From an uncultured Mycoplasmatota bacterium (GTDB lineage Bacteria; Bacillota_I; Bacilli_A; RF39; UBA660), in NCBI GenBank assembly GCA_947571135.1, contig CANOWY010000003.1, positions 11,333-75,332 on the forward strand: a stretch of DNA of 64,000 nucleotides, given 5' to 3'. This document shows, piece after piece, positions 58,277 through 64,000 of the stretch. A program made the position numbers and the translations under genes. Each line of letters starts with the position of its first letter. The stretch's first letter is position 1. The notes beneath the pieces were generated by a model. The model was not told the origin of the DNA. It saw nothing but the letters and a program-made list of their open reading frames with translations, and did no database searches.

Positions 58277-60019
58277 TTAACATTGTCCTAATTCTCTAAG
58301 AGTATCATCACACTCGCCTACTCCACCATCGCCATTATTTCTAGCAACTTCTATCGTTAAGGTTACCCCTGCTCGAATTACGAAGTCTTTTGGCTTATCT
58401 TGACTAATGATTTTACCATCTGGTTCTTCATTCGTCACAACTTCATTTACCTGTAGTTTTATACCATATTCATCACAAAAGGCTTGGATTTCTTCAATGC
58501 TATAACTTCCATCTGTAAAATCAGGATATTTGCTAATAATATTCGGTATATAAAGGGTTATGGTATCTCCAACACTTGCTTTTTCTCCCGCCTTTATAGA
58601 TTGGTCAATAATCTCTCCATCTTTAGCCGTTTCTGGATTATCTACATCCTTCTTCTCAATTAAAACTTGTAATCCTAAGGCTTCTAACGCCCCTTTTACT
58701 TCTAAATAATTTTTTTTCAAGTAGTTTTCTATCGAAATTTTAGTATCTCCCATTGATACAAATAAAGTAATTACAGTATTTTTAGTTCTTTTGCTATTGG
58801 CAGCAGGATTTGTTTTAATAATACGCCCTTCTGCTATTTCACTACTTGACTGTTCTTGCTGCTCGTCACTTACACTAAATCCAGCATTCTGTAACTCCTC
58901 GATGGCTTCCTGTATTGTCTTATTCGTAACATCTGGCACTGTAATTTCTTTTTGATTGGTAATTATTGGGATCAAAACCACTACAGAAGTTATTATGACT
59001 ACAAGTCCTGTAAAAATTGAGGCTAAGGCAATTAATAATTTATTTTGTTTCTTTAAATCATTTTTAGTAATTTGCTTTGCTATTGGAACTTCACCATCAC
59101 TTTCTTTTTTATTTCCTTTTAATAATTTGTTTGTCTTTGTATCATCAAAACTATTTTCTGGATATTTAAATTGCACTTTTGCTTCTTTCGCTCTTGCATC
59201 CTCCATACAAGTTTTTAAATCTTCATGCATTTCCCTAGCATCTGTATACCTATTTTTGGGATTTTTGGTCGTTGCTTTTAATATAATATTCGCTATACTA
59301 TTTGGTATAGTTGGCAACTCTTCTTTAATATCTGGCATAGGTTCTCTTAGATGTTTTAAAGCAATTTCAACTGCATTGTCCCCACGAAATGGCAATTTTC
59401 CAGTTAAAAGTTCATACATCACGATTCCCATTGAATAAATATCACTTTGTAAACTTGATCCGTTTCCATTGGCTTGTTCAGGTGGCAAGTAGTGAACACT
59501 TCCCATCACTGAATTTGTTTGTGTAAGTTGCGTTGCATTCATCGCCATCGCAATTCCAAAATCTGTGATTTTTACAAGACCATTTTCTAAAATCATAATA
59601 TTTTGCGGTTTAATGTCTCGGTGTATAATATAAGAATCATGAGCAACACTCATACCATCTGTGATTTGCATCATAATATCAACGACTTCACTGGTCGTTA
59701 GTTTTCCACGTTTTTTAATTAAATCTTTCAAATGTTTTCCTTCAATATACTCCATTACAATATAGTAGTTTCCACTATCTTCACCGACATCATAAACCTC
59801 TACGATATTTGGGTGATTTAAACTACTTGCAGATAAGGCTTCCCTTTGAAAACGATGAACAAATTTTTCATCACTTGCTAAATCTCCCCTTAAAAGTTTT
59901 ATGGCAACATTTCGATCTAAAATTGTATCATAAGCAAGATAAACGTTTGCCATTCCTCCTTCTCCAATAGATTTAATTACTTGATAGCGATCACTAATCT
60001 TTTGCCCCTTCATAATCAT
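58277..60019 (-). CDS. pknB: Ser/Thr protein kinase PknB/PrkC-type with extracellular PASTA repeats
   Basis: 580 aa with Hanks kinase motifs (VAIK, HRDIKPQN, DFGIA, SVHYLPPE), a TM and C-terminal PASTA-like repeats. Confidence 0.85.
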   Translation of the reverse strand: MIMKGQKISDRYQVIKSIGEGGMANVYLAYDTILDRNVAIKLLRGDLASDEKFVHRFQREALSASSLNHPNIVEVYDVGEDSGNYYIVMEYIEGKHLKDLIKKRGKLTTSEVVDIMMQITDGMSVAHDSYIIHRDIKPQNIMILENGLVKITDFGIAMAMNATQLTQTNSVMGSVHYLPPEQANGNGSSLQSDIYSMGIVMYELLTGKLPFRGDNAVEIALKHLREPMPDIKEELPTIPNSIANIILKATTKNPKNRYTDAREMHEDLKTCMEDARAKEAKVQFKYPENSFDDTKTNKLLKGNKKESDGEVPIAKQITKNDLKKQNKLLIALASIFTGLVVIITSVVVLIPIITNQKEITVPDVTNKTIQEAIEELQNAGFSVSDEQQEQSSSEIAEGRIIKTNPAANSKRTKNTVITLFVSMGDTKISIENYLKKNYLEVKGALEALGLQVLIEKKDVDNPETAKDGEIIDQSIKAGEKASVGDTITLYIPNIISKYPDFTDGSYSIEEIQAFCDEYGIKLQVNEVVTNEEPDGKIISQDKPKDFVIRAGVTLTIEVARNNGDGGVGECDDTLRELGQC

Positions 60020-60765
60020 TTTTCTTCACCACTTTCTTTTATTTGTAAATAAGCGATTGATACATTATCTTGTCCCCCTCTGGCATTACATTTACGAATC
60101 AATTTAATGACTTTTTCTTCTACTGTAAGCGTTGTATCATTTAATACTTTTTCGATTTGCTCGTCATTTAGCATATTGGTTAGACCATCACTGCATAAAA
60201 GAACAGCATCAACAGACAAATCAACATCAAAAATATCAAGTTCTACTTTTTCCATTGCTCCAAGTGCTTTCATAAGCACATTTTTTTTGGGATGGTATTT
60301 TGCCTCTTCTTCTGTTAACTGGCCTGTTTCTACAAGAAGATTTACTAAAGAATGTGGTTTTGTTACTTGATGCATTTGTCCATTTTTTAAAACATATCCA
60401 GTAGAATCCCCAATATTTCCAAAAATCAAATATTCTTTTGTTAGAAGTGCTAATACAAGAGTAGTTCCAAGGCCTTTTGCGTTTGGGTATTTTTTTGCAT
60501 ATTCGATAATTTCATTATTTACTTCACTAGCATTATCATTAAGCCAATTTACAGCATCTAATTTAGAGCCAATAGACGGTGTATTACTAAATCTTTTTCC
60601 AAAATGGGTTACTGCAAGACTTGAGGCTACTTCTCCAGCACGATGACCACCCATCCCATCTGCAACCATTAAAAGATATTCATTGCTAGCATTCTTTAAT
60701 ATTGTGACACTATCTTCATTGTGACTTCGAACACGACCCGCATCGGTTAAATAAAAACTTTTCAT
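60016..60765 (-). CDS. stp: PP2C-family Ser/Thr phosphatase (Stp/PrpC)
   Basis: 249 aa: RSHNEDS, VADGMGGH, GDS...DGL and GGQDNVS metal-binding motifs. Overlaps the kinase gene by 4 nt. Confidence 0.8.
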   Translation of the reverse strand: MKSFYLTDAGRVRSHNEDSVTILKNASNEYLLMVADGMGGHRAGEVASSLAVTHFGKRFSNTPSIGSKLDAVNWLNDNASEVNNEIIEYAKKYPNAKGLGTTLVLALLTKEYLIFGNIGDSTGYVLKNGQMHQVTKPHSLVNLLVETGQLTEEEAKYHPKKNVLMKALGAMEKVELDIFDVDLSVDAVLLCSDGLTNMLNDEQIEKVLNDTTLTVEEKVIKLIRKCNARGGQDNVSIAYLQIKESGEEK

Positions 60766-61793
60766 TTTTCCACCTCTTTGCTCCTTAACTGTCCACAGGC
60801 AGCAGATATTTTACTACCAAACTCTTTTCTGATGGTGACATTAATACCGTTTTCTTTTAAAGTGGCACAAAATTTGCTAATTGTTTTTGCATCACTTTTA
60901 TAAAGATGAATGTGGTTTGTTTCGTTATAAGGAATCAAATTTACATAAATATTCATACCTCGTAAAACACTCGCCAATTCTCTCGCACAATCTTCACTAT
61001 CATTTATCCCTTTAAGCATAACATATTCTATGGTTACTCGTCTATTAGTATGTGCAATATAGTCACGAATTGCTTGTATTAGTTGACTAATATTATACAC
61101 TTGGTTTACTTTCATGATTTGGTTTCGTATGGCATCATTTGGGGCGTGCAAAGATACTGCCAAATTAATTTGGATATTTTCGTTCATTAAATCATAGATT
61201 TTAGGGACTAAACCACTTGTCGATAATGTAATATGACGTATCCCAAGTGCAAGTCCTTTGGCATCATTGATAATGCGAATAAAAGCAAGAACATTTTCGT
61301 AATTATCTAAAGGTTCTCCAATCCCCATAATGACAACAGAAGAAATTCTATCTCCAATGTCACTCTCTATTTCTAAGATTTGACTCACCATTTCAAAAGA
61401 CTCTAAATTACGAACCTTTTTTAGTCTACCACTTTCACAAAAACGACATCCCATATTGCATCCAACTTGACTCGATACACAAAGACTAATTCCGTAATCA
61501 TGGTACATAACAACGGCCTCAATATAATTGTTATCTTCAAGTTCAAACAAATATTTACGAGTTAAGGTATCTCTTTCTCTACGAATAATTTTCGGTCTTT
61601 CAAAAGAAAAATCATTTATTATTTTCTCACGAATTTCCAATTTTATGTTAGTCCACTCTTCTACATTCGAATTTTTCTTTTCATAAAGCCATTCAAATAC
61701 TTGCAAAGCCTTAAATTTTTTTTCACCGATACTTAAAAAATAGGCTTCTAATTTTTCTCTTGTATATCCGTAAATATTGTCCATAGTTCTCAC
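60762..61793 (-). CDS. rlmN: 23S rRNA / tRNA m2A methyltransferase RlmN (radical SAM)
   Basis: 343 aa with CVSSQVGCNMGCRFC (CxxxCxxC radical-SAM), GMGEPLDN and a C-terminal catalytic Cys (ISAACGQL). Confidence 0.9.
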   Translation of the reverse strand: MRTMDNIYGYTREKLEAYFLSIGEKKFKALQVFEWLYEKKNSNVEEWTNIKLEIREKIINDFSFERPKIIRRERDTLTRKYLFELEDNNYIEAVVMYHDYGISLCVSSQVGCNMGCRFCESGRLKKVRNLESFEMVSQILEIESDIGDRISSVVIMGIGEPLDNYENVLAFIRIINDAKGLALGIRHITLSTSGLVPKIYDLMNENIQINLAVSLHAPNDAIRNQIMKVNQVYNISQLIQAIRDYIAHTNRRVTIEYVMLKGINDSEDCARELASVLRGMNIYVNLIPYNETNHIHLYKSDAKTISKFCATLKENGINVTIRKEFGSKISAACGQLRSKEVEK

Positions 61794-61842
61794 CTAATCC
61801 AATTATAGCACGTTTTTAAAAAAAGAAAAAATAGCCAAATTG

Positions 61843-62388
61843 CTATTTCTTAGGAATATATTTTATTTTTAAATTTCTTGCTAACTCTTCATTTTTATCT
61901 GTATACTTGCTATACAAAATTTCTCTTATTTCTTCAAAAGAGTAGCCTTCCCTTTCTAGTTCTAAAAATTCTCTGTGAAGAATTTCATAAGATGTCTCTA
62001 CACTTTCTAAATTCCCATCTTCCCCTTCTGAAAAAATAAGTTGTTCATTTTTTCTATAATTAGAAATTCTAAAAGCACTATATTCTAAAGATTTATTACA
62101 ACGTATACATTTACAGAAATACGTAGTAGTATTAGTTAAAAACCTATTATTTGAATACATAAAATAATGAAAAGGATGAGGACATTCTTGTTGGAATTTT
62201 TCTTCATATTCTGACTTTTTACGTTCATATTCTTCTTGTAACTTTTCTCTATCATACAAAGCCGCATTGTATTTTGCTATCAAAGGAATCATTTCTATCT
62301 CAGCAATATATTCTTCTTTGTCTTGAATACATTTTGATAAATTTGCCATTTGTTCTTTTAGTAATTCTAAAGTACTTTTTTCTTCCAT
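61843..62388 (-). CDS. Hypothetical protein with a Cys-cluster (putative zinc ribbon)
   Basis: 181 aa: coiled-coil N-terminus, CPHPFH...CKCIRC and an acidic C-terminus. No family recognised. Confidence 0.45.
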   Translation of the reverse strand: MEEKSTLELLKEQMANLSKCIQDKEEYIAEIEMIPLIAKYNAALYDREKLQEEYERKKSEYEEKFQQECPHPFHYFMYSNNRFLTNTTTYFCKCIRCNKSLEYSAFRISNYRKNEQLIFSEGEDGNLESVETSYEILHREFLELEREGYSFEEIREILYSKYTDKNEELARNLKIKYIPKK

Positions 62389-62464
62389 AAATTCATTTTC
62401 CTTCTTTCAATTTTCTATTCTAACATAATATTTTACAAAAACAAGAAAAAAACATATATTGCTT

Positions 62465-63082
62465 TTAAAACGCAAAAGACAACTCATACGTTTCATTTCC
62501 TTTAATTATGGTAATACTTTCAATTTGGACTTCATCTGTAATCACTACTATTTTTAAATTTTCTTCGATAACGGTATATTCATAAGTTGTTTTTTTATCT
62601 TCTTCCACAATATCAGAAGCAGAAGCAGGTATATTTTGAATAAAGTCTTCTAAATAAGAAAGATTTACGAAATCGGAATCAATATTTTCATAAAGAGAAT
62701 TCCATTCCTTTTTCTCTTCCATTAAAATTTCATAGACAATTCCATCTTCAATGCTATATCTTATAATCCCATCTGCTCGTTCTCTATATCCTGTTGTAAT
62801 TTCATCTGTTACTGTACCCTCATATTTTACAGTTCCTTCTGAAGTGGAAACTATATATTTAAAAGAATAATCCTCCTTTGAAAAACGATTCCATTTCACT
62901 TCATAAGATACTTCATTTGTTTTAGGTATTTCTTTTTTCGTCGCATCTTTTGGGCTACTAAATTGATTTACAATAGTAACAATTCCCATTAACAATGTTA
63001 AAGAAACAATCCAAATAATCAAAACCATCAAAGAATGCCATCTAGGGTGCTTCCAACATTTTTTCAAAAATTCTTTATTCAT
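62465..63082 (-). CDS. Hypothetical membrane-anchored protein (N-in, extracellular beta-rich domain)
   Basis: 205 aa with an N-terminal TM (LMVLIIWIVSLTLLMGIVTIV). No family recognised. Confidence 0.45.
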   Translation of the reverse strand: MNKEFLKKCWKHPRWHSLMVLIIWIVSLTLLMGIVTIVNQFSSPKDATKKEIPKTNEVSYEVKWNRFSKEDYSFKYIVSTSEGTVKYEGTVTDEITTGYRERADGIIRYSIEDGIVYEILMEEKKEWNSLYENIDSDFVNLSYLEDFIQNIPASASDIVEEDKKTTYEYTVIEENLKIVVITDEVQIESITIIKGNETYELSFAF

Positions 63083-63086
63083 ATTT

Positions 63087-64000
63087 TTAACCTACTTTTT
63101 TATTTGTGAATTCTTCCTTATTAATTCCATTTAGATAATCTTTTATATCCATTTCTTTCTTTCCAAATGGTTTGACTCTTTCTAAGTAAATAATTCCATC
63201 TTGACAAGTAACACCCAATCTTTTTTTATCCAAAACGAACTTGCCTACTTCCTTATTCGTTCCTTCTTCAAAAGTGGCTTCTAGTACCTTCATTTCATTT
63301 CCATCTAGCAAAAAGTTAGCAATTGGCCAAGGATTTAACCCTCGCACTTTATTTAAAATTTCCCTTCCTGTCTTACTAAAATCAAGTTTTTCTTCTTCTC
63401 TTTTTATATTATAAGCATACGTTACTTCGCTTATATTTTGTTTTATTCTTTCATTTGTTCCATTTATAATACTTGGCAAGGTTTCAATTAATAAATCGGC
63501 TCCTATTTGTGATAATTTTTCATGAAGGGTTCCTACATTATCATTTTCTAAAATTTTGTATTCTCTTTGGGCAATAATATCTCCACTATCCATCGCTTCA
63601 TCCATATACATTATTGTAATTCCCGTTTTTTCATCACCATTTAACAAACATTTGTGAATCGGTGCACCACCTCTATACTTTGGAAGAAGAGAAGCATGGA
63701 CATTAATACAACCAAGACTTGGATAATCCAAAATGGCTTTTGGAATAATCTGTCCGTAAGCACAAGTTATAATAATGTCGGCCTCAGTATTTAAAACCAC
63801 ATCAAAATCTTCTCTAATCTTTATAGGTTGGAATACTGGAATACCTGCTTTTTCTGCCTCTACTTTCACTGGGGTTTTGGTTAAAACTTGTTTTCTACCC
63901 ACCGATTTATCAGGTTGAGTCACTACCAAAACCACGTTTGTATTCTCTATTAACTTTTGCAAAACAGGAACTGCAAAATCAGGAGTTCCCATAAAAATCA
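63087..64000 (-). CDS. fmt: Methionyl-tRNA formyltransferase; the 5' end runs off the window
   Basis: ...IFMGTPDFAVPVLQKL, the SLLPKYRGGAPIH motif (HASLLP...GG) and the C-terminal fmt domain. The ORF continues past position 64000. Confidence 0.85.
   Translation of the reverse strand, partial: IFMGTPDFAVPVLQKLIENTNVVLVVTQPDKSVGRKQVLTKTPVKVEAEKAGIPVFQPIKIREDFDVVLNTEADIIITCAYGQIIPKAILDYPSLGCINVHASLLPKYRGGAPIHKCLLNGDEKTGITIMYMDEAMDSGDIIAQREYKILENDNVGTLHEKLSQIGADLLIETLPSIINGTNERIKQNISEVTYAYNIKREEEKLDFSKTGREILNKVRGLNPWPIANFLLDGNEMKVLEATFEEGTNKEVGKFVLDKKRLGVTCQDGIIYLERVKPFGKKEMDIKDYLNGINKEEFTNKKVG

Noticed and set aside
1-64000. CRISPR arrays, rRNA, IS elements or integrases
   Set aside because: I scanned intergenic regions for regularly spaced direct repeats and for transposase or integrase-like ORFs and found none. 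The only non-tRNA repeats are the 5'-end element copies (35.7 kb and 44.5 kb) and the G9 tracts.

Overview
This 64 kb window is low-GC (roughly 27-30 % by eye) and almost every gene is on the minus strand. It looks like a spore-forming Firmicute, possibly Erysipelotrichia- or Clostridia-like: PolC and DnaE are both present, there are SpoIIIAH-, GerM-, GerE- and YyaC-like genes, and the PASTA-kinase locus is typical of that group. Most of the content is conserved core genome, listed here from low to high coordinate.

- tsf and rpsB.
- A split division/cell-wall (dcw) cluster: mraZ-rsmH-ftsL-pbpB on one side and spoVD-like PBP-mraY-ftsW-murG-divIB on the other.
- efp and rpmG.
- rpmF-yceD and tmcAL.
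- mutM and polA-polC-dnaE.
- helD and rpmB.
- rpe-rsgA-pknB-stp-rlmN and fmt.

A roughly 16 kb block (10015-25853) sits between the two class-B PBP genes of the dcw cluster. It holds a 13-gene Wzx/Wzy-type capsule/exopolysaccharide locus plus a DUF1292 gene and an 871-aa bitopic protein of unknown function.

The most unusual signal is a two-gene cassette of unknown function at 33624-35744, immediately downstream of a tRNA-Arg(TCT) gene. Each gene carries a 9-nt poly-G tract (C9 on the given strand):
- One tract lies in the 16-nt spacer between perfect TTGACA and TATAAT hexamers of the promoter for a 312-aa acidic cytoplasmic protein. This is a classic phase-variable promoter architecture.
- The other encodes a Gly3 run in the cytoplasmic N-terminus of a 346-aa membrane-anchored surface protein, which looks like a translational ON/OFF switch.

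These are the only homopolymeric G/C tracts of 7 or more that I found in the window. A degenerate, stop-interrupted copy of the 5' end of the 346-aa gene lies about 9 kb away in the polC-polA spacer, with the tract interrupted (GGGAGGAGGGG). That points to a gene family with a conserved 5' region.

Other notable points:
- A PD-(D/E)xK (DUF1016) nuclease and a VanZ-like gene sit inside the cps locus.
- Ribosomal protein S2 carries a Rho_N-like C-terminal extension.
- A GATase1-VanY fusion peptidase.
- A stand-alone macro-domain-like protein.
- Two unknown genes occupy the slot between fmt and rlmN where rsmB usually sits.
- A decayed GNAT-like remnant lies between polC and dnaE.

Several sigma-A-like promoters and intrinsic terminators are visible. 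I found no CRISPR array, no rRNA, and no transposase or integrase.
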